This document shows positions 1-10,586 of a stretch of DNA of 64,000 bases, piece after piece. The DNA lies in the IMG/VR virus record IMGVR_UViG_3300031555_004349, positions 54,134 to 118,133 of that record; one strand, 5' to 3'. Origin of the DNA: a virus. Its lineage: Duplodnaviria; Caudoviricetes. Every line of letters begins with the position of its first letter. Positions within the stretch are counted from its first letter, which is position 1. The notes beneath the pieces were generated by a model. The model was not told the origin of the DNA, did not search any database, and worked only from the letters and a program-made list of their open reading frames with translations. The position numbers and the translations under genes were made by a program.

Positions 1-15
1 TTTATTTCAAGCTTT

Positions 16-612
16 TTATTTTACAACCCTTATTTGAAGCTGTTTTCTACCAAACTTTAATGCTTCACTATGGCTATCAAAATATATGTCAAGTTTATTC
101 CCAGTAATCGCGCCTCCACGGTCTTCAACTGTATAAACTCCCATTCCAGCTATTTCTATTTTTGTTCCAAATTTATATGTACTTGGTGCCGCAATTGTGT
201 GATTTGCTTTAGCTTTCGCGCCAGAAGCTGTTATACCATTTGTTTTACCACAACATTTTACGCACGCACAATAAGCGCTAACATTAGCCCAAACCCAACC
301 AGGAGTCGAACTAGCAGTAACGCTTGTTTTAGTAGAACTACTACTACTTTTAGAAGTAGTAGTAGCTTTTAATTTTTTATTTTCTGTTTCTAATTTTTCA
401 ATTTGATTTTTTAATTCTTTTTGTGTTTTTTCCAATTCAATAATTTTATTTTCTTTTTCTTGTATTTCTGTTTGATAAGTAACTTCTGCATTTACCAATT
501 GTGTATAAGAACCATCAAAGAATATAAGACAAGCTGTTTCTGCTAATATAACCAAAGGTAAAATTATAATGAATATATTTTTCCATTTAATTTTTCTTTT
601 ATATTTTTTCAT
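16..612 (-). CDS. Membrane-anchored coiled-coil protein with C-terminal 3D domain (peptidoglycan-remodelling, MltA/Sps-like)
   Basis: N-terminal TM helix, coiled coil, Ser/Thr linker, then SAYC..CCGK..GITASG...IAA...EDRGGAI..NKLDIY typical of 3D domains. Confidence 0.8.
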   Translation of the reverse strand: MKKYKRKIKWKNIFIIILPLVILAETACLIFFDGSYTQLVNAEVTYQTEIQEKENKIIELEKTQKELKNQIEKLETENKKLKATTTSKSSSSSTKTSVTASSTPGWVWANVSAYCACVKCCGKTNGITASGAKAKANHTIAAPSTYKFGTKIEIAGMGVYTVEDRGGAITGNKLDIYFDSHSEALKFGRKQLQIRVVK

Positions 613-621
613 ATGTCCCTC

Positions 622-2337
622 CTAAAACTCATAAGTCGTATCATGAATTTCATAATTTTCAATAAAAATTTGAGGTGTTACATTTCCCATAAATTCATTT
701 AAGTTTGCTCTTCCTAAAATAGTAACATTCATAGTTTGATTTTTAGTTAATTTTTCTAAAAGACTTTCATCTTTAAATTTAATGTAAGTAATTCCATTAA
801 CTGTAAATTTTACTGTATCTTTGTTAGCACCAATTGCTTGAACACTACTTTTTGCTAAATGAAGATTTTCAATTGCAATTAGTGGTTCTTCCATACCTTG
901 TCCCCATATTTCGTTTAACTCTCCTAAAGTTACAATTATGTCTTGTAAATATGGATTTTCTCCGTCTACAATTAAATCTACTTCATACACATTTTCATTA
1001 AAGTCTACATCTTTTAATTCTTCATCAGCATAATTTAAGAAGGTTTCTAACTTATTTTTTGGAATTGATACACCGTGTGCATTAGCGTGCCCAGTAGCAT
1101 ATTCAAAATATCCACTATCCATAAAAAATTGTCTTAAGTCAGGAATTGGTCCGTGATTAACTCCACGCGCACTTCCTCTTAAATATCCATCTGAATTTTC
1201 TCTTACTACACAAACTGGTTTTTTATATTTTGTAACCAATTGCATAGCTACTAATCCAGTTAAAGTATTATCGAATTCGTCATCATCTTCTACTTCAACT
1301 ATAATTATTTTATGTTGGTCTAATTCTAATTTTTGTATTTTAAAGTCTAAATTTTCATAAACTTTTAATTTCATTCTATCTTGTCTATTTTTCGCATTAG
1401 TACAAATACGAACTGCTTGACCACAAACTGTTTCTGTATCTCCTGGTTTGTGTCCTCTTTTAGTGCTTGGTACTATTTCATTAGGTTCTATAAAAGCTCT
1501 AAATAAAGTTTCTTTTTCTTCTTGTGTTCCAACTCTGATTAAAGCATTTATTAATGGAACTATATAAAATGCTATTCCCGTTGGAGTAACTTTATTACCC
1601 ATAGAATATGCTTGCTTTTCTACCATAGCCATTAAACCTAAATTTGTTATATTATTTATACCAGTATTAACAATATATCTTGTTTCTAAATCACAAAGCT
1701 CCATCATATCTCCAACCATTCCAATGGCTGTTAAATCTATTAAAGAATTTGCATATTTAGTACCCAAAATATTATCTAAGCAACAACAAAATTTATATGT
1801 TACTCCAGCACCACAAAGCGATTTATTTGGATAGTTTAATGATAATTGATTATTTACTACAATCGCATCTTGACTATAACCTAAATCAGATTCGTGGTGG
1901 TCTAAAACAACTACATCTATTCCTTTTTCGTGTAAAATTTTATGCTGCTCATAATCGTTGGAACTTGAGTCCGGTGCTATTACTAGTTGTACATCATCTG
2001 GTATTGTATCTACTATTAAACCGTGTTGTTTACCTTCGTGTACGCGCCAAACAATCTCTATGTTTGGGTTAATTTTTTTAATATATAAATAAATTATTGC
2101 TGCAGATGTATATCCATCTGTATCACTATCAATTTGTATAAAGATTTTACTATTATTTTTTATATGTTTTAATAGACAATTTGCGGCCGTTACTATATTG
2201 TCCAATAACATAAAATCATAAAGCTCTTTTTCAGAAGGAGCTAAAAACAAATTTAAATCTTTAATATGTCTTTCTTTTAAAAAGTTTTGTAAAAAATTAT
2301 TGTCTGCTACTAATTCTGTTTTTTGTTTATAAATCAT
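622..2337 (-). CDS. recJ: RecJ-like ssDNA exonuclease (DHH/DHHA1)
   Basis: DSDTDG, LDHH, LCGAGV, GSARG and GHANAHG motifs. Confidence 0.85.
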   Translation of the reverse strand: MIYKQKTELVADNNFLQNFLKERHIKDLNLFLAPSEKELYDFMLLDNIVTAANCLLKHIKNNSKIFIQIDSDTDGYTSAAIIYLYIKKINPNIEIVWRVHEGKQHGLIVDTIPDDVQLVIAPDSSSNDYEQHKILHEKGIDVVVLDHHESDLGYSQDAIVVNNQLSLNYPNKSLCGAGVTYKFCCCLDNILGTKYANSLIDLTAIGMVGDMMELCDLETRYIVNTGINNITNLGLMAMVEKQAYSMGNKVTPTGIAFYIVPLINALIRVGTQEEKETLFRAFIEPNEIVPSTKRGHKPGDTETVCGQAVRICTNAKNRQDRMKLKVYENLDFKIQKLELDQHKIIIVEVEDDDEFDNTLTGLVAMQLVTKYKKPVCVVRENSDGYLRGSARGVNHGPIPDLRQFFMDSGYFEYATGHANAHGVSIPKNKLETFLNYADEELKDVDFNENVYEVDLIVDGENPYLQDIIVTLGELNEIWGQGMEEPLIAIENLHLAKSSVQAIGANKDTVKFTVNGITYIKFKDESLLEKLTKNQTMNVTILGRANLNEFMGNVTPQIFIENYEIHDTTYEF

Positions 2338-3409
2338 TTTCTGCTTTCACCTGTACCTTACTCATCATTATTTTTTCAAAAATCTCCTTTCCTCTATCTA
2401 TTGGCGCATCCTTTATGCTCAATAAACCTTTAAAATCAAATAAGAAATAAAAATTACAATAATTTATATATTTCCTACAAATTTTTTCTAATTTGTAATA
2501 ATAATCTCTAGCTTCCTGTGAAGCGAAATTATCAAATTCTTTATCGTAAGCTATAATAATATCTTTTACTCCTAATTCTTTTACTAACAATTCAACTTGT
2601 CTATAATTTAAAGAGCTTCCACAACTTGCAACAGATATATTATAATCATACATTTCTTCAAATTTTAAAACACTTTTTTCGCCTTCAAAAATTATCGCTG
2701 TTTGATATTTTTTAATATCTTCTTTATTTTGATAAAGTCCATATAAATTAAAGGATAATGGATGTCTATATAAAATGTTTTCAACTCTCAAAGGCATGTA
2801 TTTTCCATAAAGCTGTTCTTCTTCAGGCTCAAGAGCTCTTCCCCTTATTCCTATCAATCTTCCATCAATATCATAATGAGGTATAACAATTTTGTTTCTA
2901 TAAATATAATGACTAATTTCAAACTTACTCATTGATTTTTCAGTTATGCCTTCTCGCGCCCACTCTACCGTTAAATATGGACAAAATAATTCTAAAACTG
3001 TTTTATCATATTCTTGTAAAATAATTTCTTCATTTTCTTTTTTAGAGTCTATATTACTAATGTATTTTTCCTCAGTGGTGTCGCTAAAAATGTTGTACGC
3101 CGCGAGGTCAGCAATTGAATATACGACTTCATAAAAATTATAAGGCTGATGATTAACTTCTTTTACTCTTTTTATTAAATCAAAGATATCAAAGTTTTCG
3201 CTACATTCTGTATAACAATGAAACATATGACTATCTTTATAATAATATAGTTTCATAGAAGCATCTTGGTCTAATGGATTATGACAGATTGTAGGAAATA
3301 TAATTGTATTTCCTTTATCTTCATAATTATCTGCGCCCAAATGAGTCATTATACTTATAATATGTTGTTCTGTTAAACTTTCTCTTAATTCCTGTAAATT
3401 AATTTTCAT
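2327..3409 (-). CDS. DNA primase (Zn-binding + TOPRIM)
   Basis: ICHN...FHCYTEC Zn module, IGIRGR, IIFEGEKS and IAYDKE TOPRIM motifs; adjacent to helicase. Confidence 0.8.
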   Translation of the reverse strand: MKINLQELRESLTEQHIISIMTHLGADNYEDKGNTIIFPTICHNPLDQDASMKLYYYKDSHMFHCYTECSENFDIFDLIKRVKEVNHQPYNFYEVVYSIADLAAYNIFSDTTEEKYISNIDSKKENEEIILQEYDKTVLELFCPYLTVEWAREGITEKSMSKFEISHYIYRNKIVIPHYDIDGRLIGIRGRALEPEEEQLYGKYMPLRVENILYRHPLSFNLYGLYQNKEDIKKYQTAIIFEGEKSVLKFEEMYDYNISVASCGSSLNYRQVELLVKELGVKDIIIAYDKEFDNFASQEARDYYYKLEKICRKYINYCNFYFLFDFKGLLSIKDAPIDRGKEIFEKIMMSKVQVKAENDL

Positions 3410-3410
3410 A

Positions 3411-5045
3411 TTATATTAAATCCGCCAAAGAAACTTTTTTCTCAACTGTTCTTTCTTTTAATTCTTTAATTTCTTTGCTTTCTTCCTTTCTTTCAGATTG
3501 CAATTGTGATTGATTAATTATGCTTCCCATTTCATCACTAAATAAATATTCATTTGTAACTATACTAATTTCATTTCCATTTTGGTCAGTTAAAAATAAA
3601 TCTTCAGTTCTACAAGTTCCTAAATCTACTTTACTCCAAATTCTTACTCTATTATATTTTCCTCTACGAACTTTATACAAATCTTGAACCTGTGTTGGTA
3701 AATCTTTTCCTAATTTTCTTGCAATTGCATCTACCTGTTCGTGGTCTTCTTGTGTTAAGGGTAAACTAATTCCACCAACATCTATTTTATCTGCAATAGC
3801 TTTTGAACCACGAATTAAATTATAATCTCTTATACCTTTATATTCTTTCCATTTTTCATTCAATTGAGTACCACTCATCATGAAAATATTAAGTTCATTT
3901 GCTAAATCTTTTAATGCTATACTTGTCATCATGAGAATAACATCTTCTCTTAAATTTAAATCTTTATATTCTGCAAGTAAACCTGGACTACTAAAAATAT
4001 AATCATAAAAAACATATTGAATTCCATATTTTAATACTTCTCTTCTAATTAATGTTTTTATTTGTCCAATTGATGGGTCTCCAACCCTAACAAAAATAAA
4101 ATTGTCTTGATAATGTTCAATTATTTTAATTGCATCATAAACGCGCTGTTTTTCCGCAGGTGACTCATAATAATTATTTAAAATCTTATCTTCATTTACT
4201 CCTGAAATATGAGCTAAAATCATTGTTTGTATTTCTTCTTTTTCCATCTCAGTTGCAAAAAATAATATTTTATGTCCTTCTCCTGTTACAACCCATTTAT
4301 TTTTCTTTGTATCATATCGTTCTGGAAAAGCAATTGTACATGCGTGTCCAACCATCTGTCTAGTTTTACCAGTTCCTGAAGCACCACTAATTAAATAATA
4401 TTTTTTTAATCTAGCGCCTCTAACTAAAGTATTATAAATTTCACCTTGTAAAGGTATACCAATTTCGGGATTTTGCTGTAAATTTTCAAATAATTTATCT
4501 GTTCCAGTTGCAATTAATCCTTCTTCACTATCGTCTTTACAAATATAATCGTATTGTAAATCGTTAATACCTTTTAGAAAAGTGTCAAAAATGTCTTGTA
4601 AAGTCATTTTGTCTAAATTTTCTTGTTGCTTTTTATCTTTAACAACATCTAATTCATTTTCATTATAAATTTTTGTTATATCAAAACCATCTTTTTTAAG
4701 TGCGCGAAGAGCACTTAATTTTTTTAAACGATTATAATAATAATTAAAACCGTCTAAGTTACTAACTGCTAAACAATCTTGTAAATATTGAGGTCCTCCC
4801 GCACGCTTATAAGTTTCATAACTTCCATCGAATTGTTGAAAGAAGTTATCAATATCTACAACTGAAATATTCTCCATTAAATGATTTTCAAATAAATTTG
4901 AAATTGCCATATAAATATTTTTAGCCAATGGTAAATCAAAATCATTTTTCGTAATGATATATTTTGTGTCGGCTAATAAAATAGGAGATTTTAACAAGCA
5001 GCCTATTACTTGCATCATTGCATTCTTATCGCTAAGACTTGCCAA
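3411..5045 (-). CDS. DnaB-like replicative helicase
   Basis: Walker A GASGTGKT, TEM, VFYDYI, TQLN, IRGSKAIADKID, KVRRG. Confidence 0.85.
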   Translation of the reverse strand: MASLSDKNAMMQVIGCLLKSPILLADTKYIITKNDFDLPLAKNIYMAISNLFENHLMENISVVDIDNFFQQFDGSYETYKRAGGPQYLQDCLAVSNLDGFNYYYNRLKKLSALRALKKDGFDITKIYNENELDVVKDKKQQENLDKMTLQDIFDTFLKGINDLQYDYICKDDSEEGLIATGTDKLFENLQQNPEIGIPLQGEIYNTLVRGARLKKYYLISGASGTGKTRQMVGHACTIAFPERYDTKKNKWVVTGEGHKILFFATEMEKEEIQTMILAHISGVNEDKILNNYYESPAEKQRVYDAIKIIEHYQDNFIFVRVGDPSIGQIKTLIRREVLKYGIQYVFYDYIFSSPGLLAEYKDLNLREDVILMMTSIALKDLANELNIFMMSGTQLNEKWKEYKGIRDYNLIRGSKAIADKIDVGGISLPLTQEDHEQVDAIARKLGKDLPTQVQDLYKVRRGKYNRVRIWSKVDLGTCRTEDLFLTDQNGNEISIVTNEYLFSDEMGSIINQSQLQSERKEESKEIKELKERTVEKKVSLADLI

Positions 5046-5057
5046 AATATCACACTC

Positions 5058-5558
5058 CTACCATTCAAATTCTTCTTTGCTATAAGTTTTTACATTAACT
5101 TTTGGGCCAGTTACTTCTGGCATTTTAACTTTTCTTGTTTCTTGTTTAACCTCTTGATGATTTTTATTGTATTCAATAGCCTCTTTTAATTCTTTTTCCA
5201 TCTTCTCTTTTCTCTCATAATATTTATTTGCTTCTTCGTAAACCCAAGGAATAATACCTACTCCATTGTCTGATTTAGTAATACTATTCTTTTTTACTTC
5301 ATAAAAATATACTAAAGCTTTAGACATACCTTTATAAGTCATTCCCTGTCCAAGAAATTTACTTATATAAGCATTGTTTCTAGGCCCTGGTGCTTTTAAT
5401 TTAAAAATACGGCAGATAATTCCATGTAATTGTTTTCTATCTGCATATAAAACTGCGCACTCTGGATGAAAATTTTTTTCATCTATTCTTATTGCTATAT
5501 CTTTGTCTACTTTATTGCTTTGACTTTTGCAATATTGACATATAACTTCTCTTGCCAT
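5058..5558 (-). CDS. Hypothetical protein with N-terminal CxxC...HxxC Zn module (possible helicase loader/accessory factor)
   Basis: Start moved to ATG at 5558 with GGAGG RBS; CQYC and HPEC; lies beside the helicase. Confidence 0.5.
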   Translation of the reverse strand: MAREVICQYCKSQSNKVDKDIAIRIDEKNFHPECAVLYADRKQLHGIICRIFKLKAPGPRNNAYISKFLGQGMTYKGMSKALVYFYEVKKNSITKSDNGVGIIPWVYEEANKYYERKEKMEKELKEAIEYNKNHQEVKQETRKVKMPEVTGPKVNVKTYSKEEFEW

Positions 5559-5660
5559 ATTTCCTCCATTTTTTCTTTTATATAATATAATTATAACACA
5601 CTGCGAATAAAAAGTCAAATAAAATAGAGTAAACCTATTCGGTTTACTCTTATACTCCTT

Positions 5661-6659
5661 TTAATTTAATAAAGCTTTCCACTCATCTAAAACTACTTCA
5701 ACTAATTCTTGTTGTTCAGGTGTTGTTTCAGATAATTTAGTTGGTTTTCCAAAAGTTTTTAAAAGAATTTCGTTTGTTAAAACCGCATTTTTTTCTTTAT
5801 TTTCGTCCATTAATTTGGTAAATACTTTTTTCGCTTCATTAATTACTTCTGCAAAATCTCTTCCTTGTTTAGTAAAGAAAGAATTTCCTTTTTCTGTTTC
5901 ACTAATTTCTGTGCTATCTTCCTTAGCTTGAGCTTCTATTGCACAATAAAGTTCTTCTACTAAATTGTCATAACTCATTTCTATTTTTGGGTTAAGGAAA
6001 GAGAAACGTGAACCAGCTTCAAATCTGTCATTTCCTCTAGTGTAAATATATCTATTTCCGTCCTCACTTGATAATCTCAAGTAAGCTATAATATCAACTA
6101 ATCTATTAACTATTAGTTTAGGTCTATCTGCCAATGTAGGCATAATTTTTTGGAATTCTTGTCCTGACTCAGTTTTTATAGTTCTTGTTGTTTCATGAGA
6201 AATTATTACTAAACCATAACCTAGCATAGCTATTTGTCTAAGCGCGCCATCAAATTCTTTTTTACATAAATCATACCCCTTACCCCAAGGAATATCTCCT
6301 AAGGCTTTTGGTACTTCTCCTGTACTTTCATTTATATTTGATGAGCATATATATTTCTCACAATAGTCCCAAGCTATATCAGCTGTATCAATTGTTATTG
6401 TGTTAAACTTCTCTTTTACTTCTGGTTTTTCTAATTGTTTAAGAACTTGCTTAAATTCACTCCATTTTAAAATAGGTTGAATCATTTTATTATTTAATGC
6501 ATTGTAACCTGGTTCAAATGCTAATAATAAGTTCTTAGGAAACTGCGCGGCTAGAGTTGTTTTTCCTATTTTTGGACTTCCATAAATTAATATATATTTT
6601 CCTTTTAAATCTTTATTAATTTTTACTGGTTCTAAATTCATTAAATCAATCATTCTCAA
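5661..6659 (-). CDS. AAA_24 / Sak4-like ATPase (single-strand annealing recombinase)
   Basis: YGSPKIGKTT, TITIDT, IISHE, AGSRF; next to SSB-like gene. Confidence 0.75.
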   Translation of the reverse strand: MRMIDLMNLEPVKINKDLKGKYILIYGSPKIGKTTLAAQFPKNLLLAFEPGYNALNNKMIQPILKWSEFKQVLKQLEKPEVKEKFNTITIDTADIAWDYCEKYICSSNINESTGEVPKALGDIPWGKGYDLCKKEFDGALRQIAMLGYGLVIISHETTRTIKTESGQEFQKIMPTLADRPKLIVNRLVDIIAYLRLSSEDGNRYIYTRGNDRFEAGSRFSFLNPKIEMSYDNLVEELYCAIEAQAKEDSTEISETEKGNSFFTKQGRDFAEVINEAKKVFTKLMDENKEKNAVLTNEILLKTFGKPTKLSETTPEQQELVEVVLDEWKALLN

Positions 6660-6693
6660 CTATCCTCCTCTTACCGTACTCAAAGACTTTGGA

Positions 6694-7572
6694 CTAAAAT
6701 CCAAAGTCATTTGAAGTTGCAGCTACTTGTGTTTGTGGTTTTGGTTGTTGAGCTTCTTGTTTAACTTTTTCCATTCTGTCTTTTCTTACTGCTAATGCAG
6801 CTTTTATATCTTCATCACTATAAGAGTTTTCTTCGTCTAATCCTTCAGCTGAACCTCTTTCGATTAATAATTCTTTAACTCTTCTTGTGTATGTTCTTAC
6901 TTCATTTTCACCGAAACCTGCTTCAATTTCTTGTTCAACTGTTTCAGCTGTATATCTTAAACGTCCACCCATTTGAACAGTATCTCCTTCTTTCCAGTTA
7001 GCTTTAATGAAAGTAATTGCAGTTGGTTCTTCAACTATAAATTTAATTACTTCTGTTTTGTCAGCGTAACCAACTAAAGCAGCTCTAATAATTAATCTTC
7101 CAGTATCAACCATTTCACCATCTTGATTTTTTTGTTCATCAATTATTTGTAATAATTTTCCAATTACTCTGAATTTAGTTTCTGGTTTGAAATTTGTAGC
7201 ATTTACTTTTGTAAAGAAATTACTATTGATTTTTGTTGTAGAAATAACTTCTGTACCATTTTGAGGCATAAATAAATTTTCATTCATTTTTGCTCCTCTA
7301 ATTTGTACTCTTGTAGCATTTTCTTCTCCTGCGCTTGCAATACTGTTAAATTCTTTTAATTGTTGTAATCTTGCGTAGTTTTGGTTAGGTGTTCCATCTT
7401 TCTTTTTATCTGCTGATATAAATCCTACTGGAATTTCACTAACTTCTCCTTTTTCTTCTACTCTTACAACTATTTCTCCAGCAACATATTTTTTGTCGCC
7501 TTTGTCTATATCTCTAATATTTACTTCTGATACAATACCTGTAATGTCAACTTGATTTAAACTTTCTTTCAT
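6694..7572 (-). CDS. Putative single-stranded DNA-binding protein (tandem OB folds)
   Basis: NQVDITG OB-fold start, second OB-like half, acidic/aromatic tail NDFGF, replication context. Confidence 0.6.
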   Translation of the reverse strand: MKESLNQVDITGIVSEVNIRDIDKGDKKYVAGEIVVRVEEKGEVSEIPVGFISADKKKDGTPNQNYARLQQLKEFNSIASAGEENATRVQIRGAKMNENLFMPQNGTEVISTTKINSNFFTKVNATNFKPETKFRVIGKLLQIIDEQKNQDGEMVDTGRLIIRAALVGYADKTEVIKFIVEEPTAITFIKANWKEGDTVQMGGRLRYTAETVEQEIEAGFGENEVRTYTRRVKELLIERGSAEGLDEENSYSDEDIKAALAVRKDRMEKVKQEAQQPKPQTQVAATSNDFGF

Positions 7573-7704
7573 TATTTTTCAATCCTCCAAAATACTTTAA
7601 TAATTTAATTTTAACCTTTAACTATTATTAGAAATAAAGTGCCAAAAAGGAACTTGATTAATTTACTAATCAAATTCCTTATTTGGAATTATTTATATTA
7701 TAAA

Positions 7705-7995
7705 TTATTCTGCTTCTACAACAGCGTCTGGGTCGAAACTATATCCAGCTTCTGTTAAGCTGATTAATTTGATTTCTTTTTCAATATCGTTTCCATTTTT
7801 GTCTTTTGCTGGAACTACAGCTACTTCTCTCATAGCTAATCCTTTTTTACACATTCCTGTTACAGAACCTGTAACTGCTGGAGATGTAACTCCTGCTGCT
7901 TCAGCTAATTCAGCTGTTTGCCATTTTTTTCCTTCTGCATAGTGTGCTTTTAATGTTTCTAATACTTTTCTTGAACCTTCTGTCATTTTTGCCAT
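7705..7995 (-). CDS. Winged-helix DNA-binding protein
   Basis: TAELAEAAGVTSPAVTGSVTGMCKKGL...LTEAG MarR-like wHTH pattern. Confidence 0.6.
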   Translation of the reverse strand: MAKMTEGSRKVLETLKAHYAEGKKWQTAELAEAAGVTSPAVTGSVTGMCKKGLAMREVAVVPAKDKNGNDIEKEIKLISLTEAGYSFDPDAVVEAE

Positions 7996-8125
7996 TTTAA
8001 AAATCCTCCATAAATTTAAATATATTTTTTTTATTTTAACTCCGAGAGTTTTTCTCTCTTCATTTTCTATAATATAATTATAACATTTTTTTAGAAAAAA
8101 ATCAAATATTTTCTTTCAAAATTTT

Positions 8126-10519
8126 CTAATTTTCAAGCAAAATCGCATTTTTAACTAAGTTAGTATTGGTTACTTTTATCATTTGAACACCAATAGTCAT
8201 ACGACTTTGTGATGGAATAGTGTCTACTTTTAATTTTAATGAAGATAGTTTAGAATTTACTATAATTGTATCACTCTTTTTATTAGTTAATACAACACTT
8301 GCAACATAGTCATCTTCTTCTTTGAATTTACAAATTGAACTTCCTTTTGTTGCACGATTTGCTATAGAAAATTCTTTTATTGAAGTTCTTTTTCCATAAC
8401 CTTTTGCCGTAATTGAAACCACTTCTTCAATACTATTATTAACAATTTCCATTGCAATAACTTCATTACCTTCTGAAAGTCCTATTCCTTTAACTCCCAT
8501 TGTATTTCTTCCAGTTGTAGGAAAATCTGCTTGGTCTAATAATAAACAATTTCCTAACTTTGTTGCTAAAAATATTTTATCATCTTCGCGCTCAATTAAT
8601 TGTGTACTCACTAATTCATCATCTTCACGTACTTTTAAAGCAATTAATCCAGTTTTTCTACTTCCATTTAAATATTCTCTCATTTCCGTTTTCTTAACTG
8701 TACCATTTTTGGTTGCAAAAATTACATATTTATAATGTTTTGCATTATCATAAGATAAAATATTTGTAACATATTCATTATTTTTCAAAGCTAAAAGTTG
8801 ATTGATATAAGTTTCTTCATTAAGTGGAATATCAGCTAGCGAAATATTGTAGCTTTTTCCAAAGTTTGTAAACACCAAAACTTGTTCAGTTGTTTTTCCT
8901 ACAATTGTTTTCCAGATATAATCTGTTTTACTTGCAAATTTAATTTTAGCACCTATCGTACCTCTTTTTTGAGTAGATAACTCACTAATTTCTTTTGCAA
9001 CAATTGCGCCTCTATTAGAAATATAAGCAATAATAGCTTTTTCTTCTACAATTGGAGCTTCTTCGCTAACATTATCGATTATAGTTCTTCTGTCGTCTCC
9101 ATATTTTTTACTTACTTCTAATAAATTATTTTCCATTACTTGTAAAAATTCTTTTTCGTTTGTTAACAACAAATTATAATGCTCAATTTCTTCTTCAAGT
9201 TTTTCTTTCTCTTGTTGTATTTTTGCTATTTCCATATTAACTAAACGATTTAATTTTAAATCTAAAATAGCTTTTGCTTGTCTTTCTGAAAAACCATAAT
9301 TATTCATAAGAGCAATACAAGCTGCGGCTGAATTTGGTTGACTCTTAATTAAAGCAACTATTTCATCGATAATTGATAACGCTTTTAAGTAACCTTCTAC
9401 AATTTCTAATCTAGCTTTTGCTTTATTTAAATCAAATATAATTTTATTTCTTAAAACTTTTTTACTATGTGCTAGATATTCTAATAGAGCTTCTTTTAAA
9501 CCAAAAATTTGTGGTATTTTACCATCTTTTAGCATAACCATATTTATACTAAAATAAGATTGTAAAGCAGTATTTTTGTATAAAAAGTCTTTTACTTTAC
9601 CAAAGTTGGCATTGTTATCAACTGTAATTTTAATTAATGGTTGAGTTCCTGTTAAGTCTAAAAACTTTACTATACCACATTCGGGATTTGCTTCCATAGC
9701 TTCAGTTAATTGTTTACAAATCGTATTTGTGTATACACCATAAGGCAATTCTGTAACAACTAATTGATTGTTTTGGAAATCACTTTCTATTTTTGCTCTA
9801 ATTTTAATAGAAGTTCCAGTACCGTTTTTAATTGACTCTTTAATTTCTTCTCCATTAATTATTGTTGCGCCCGTAGCGAAGTCAGGTGCACAATAAATTT
9901 CTTCAAAAGGAGTGTTTGGATTCCATAACAATTTAACTAACGAATTGTTAATTTCTCTTAAATTAAATTGTGGAATAGAACTTGCTAATGCAACTCCTAT
10001 ACCCATAGAACCTTGAACTAAATTGTAAAATCCAATTGAAGGTAAAACCGCTGGATACTCTTCAGTACCATCATAGTTTTCGCGCCAATCTTCTTTCTCA
10101 ATTGTGTTCTTTTCAATTGAGTCAAATAAATGAGTACCTAATTCAGACAATTTCATTTCTACATATCTTGATGCAGCTTCGTTATCGTTTTCCATTTGAT
10201 TACCATAAGAACCTTGAACTTCTTCAAGAGGATAACGCATAGCAAAAGGTTTGCCCATTCTTATTAAAGTTGAATAAGCACTTGCATCACCGTGTACATA
10301 GAAATGAGACATACCAGAAGCTACTGATTTAGTAGCTTTCTTAAAAGGTTTGTCGTAAGTCAACTTATCTATATACTGAGCATAAGCTAATTGTCTAGCT
10401 GCAGGTTTTAAACCATCACGAACATCAACAATAGCTCTGTCTTGTATAACCATTCCTGCATAACGAGCAAAATTACTCTCTAAAGTATCTGTTAAATTAA
10501 CTTGTTTATAATCGCTCAT
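8126..10519 (-). CDS. gyrA: Type IIA topoisomerase subunit A (GyrA-like)
   Basis: DVRDGLKP, HGDAS, catalytic AASRY, C-terminal beta-pinwheel repeats, GyrA-box-like QKRGTIG. Confidence 0.85.
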   Translation of the reverse strand: MSDYKQVNLTDTLESNFARYAGMVIQDRAIVDVRDGLKPAARQLAYAQYIDKLTYDKPFKKATKSVASGMSHFYVHGDASAYSTLIRMGKPFAMRYPLEEVQGSYGNQMENDNEAASRYVEMKLSELGTHLFDSIEKNTIEKEDWRENYDGTEEYPAVLPSIGFYNLVQGSMGIGVALASSIPQFNLREINNSLVKLLWNPNTPFEEIYCAPDFATGATIINGEEIKESIKNGTGTSIKIRAKIESDFQNNQLVVTELPYGVYTNTICKQLTEAMEANPECGIVKFLDLTGTQPLIKITVDNNANFGKVKDFLYKNTALQSYFSINMVMLKDGKIPQIFGLKEALLEYLAHSKKVLRNKIIFDLNKAKARLEIVEGYLKALSIIDEIVALIKSQPNSAAACIALMNNYGFSERQAKAILDLKLNRLVNMEIAKIQQEKEKLEEEIEHYNLLLTNEKEFLQVMENNLLEVSKKYGDDRRTIIDNVSEEAPIVEEKAIIAYISNRGAIVAKEISELSTQKRGTIGAKIKFASKTDYIWKTIVGKTTEQVLVFTNFGKSYNISLADIPLNEETYINQLLALKNNEYVTNILSYDNAKHYKYVIFATKNGTVKKTEMREYLNGSRKTGLIALKVREDDELVSTQLIEREDDKIFLATKLGNCLLLDQADFPTTGRNTMGVKGIGLSEGNEVIAMEIVNNSIEEVVSITAKGYGKRTSIKEFSIANRATKGSSICKFKEEDDYVASVVLTNKKSDTIIVNSKLSSLKLKVDTIPSQSRMTIGVQMIKVTNTNLVKNAILLEN

Positions 10520-10586
10520 TTACTTTCTCCTTTATTTTTATTATATATTTATTATAATTCAATTTCAACTAAAAATCAAACTTTAA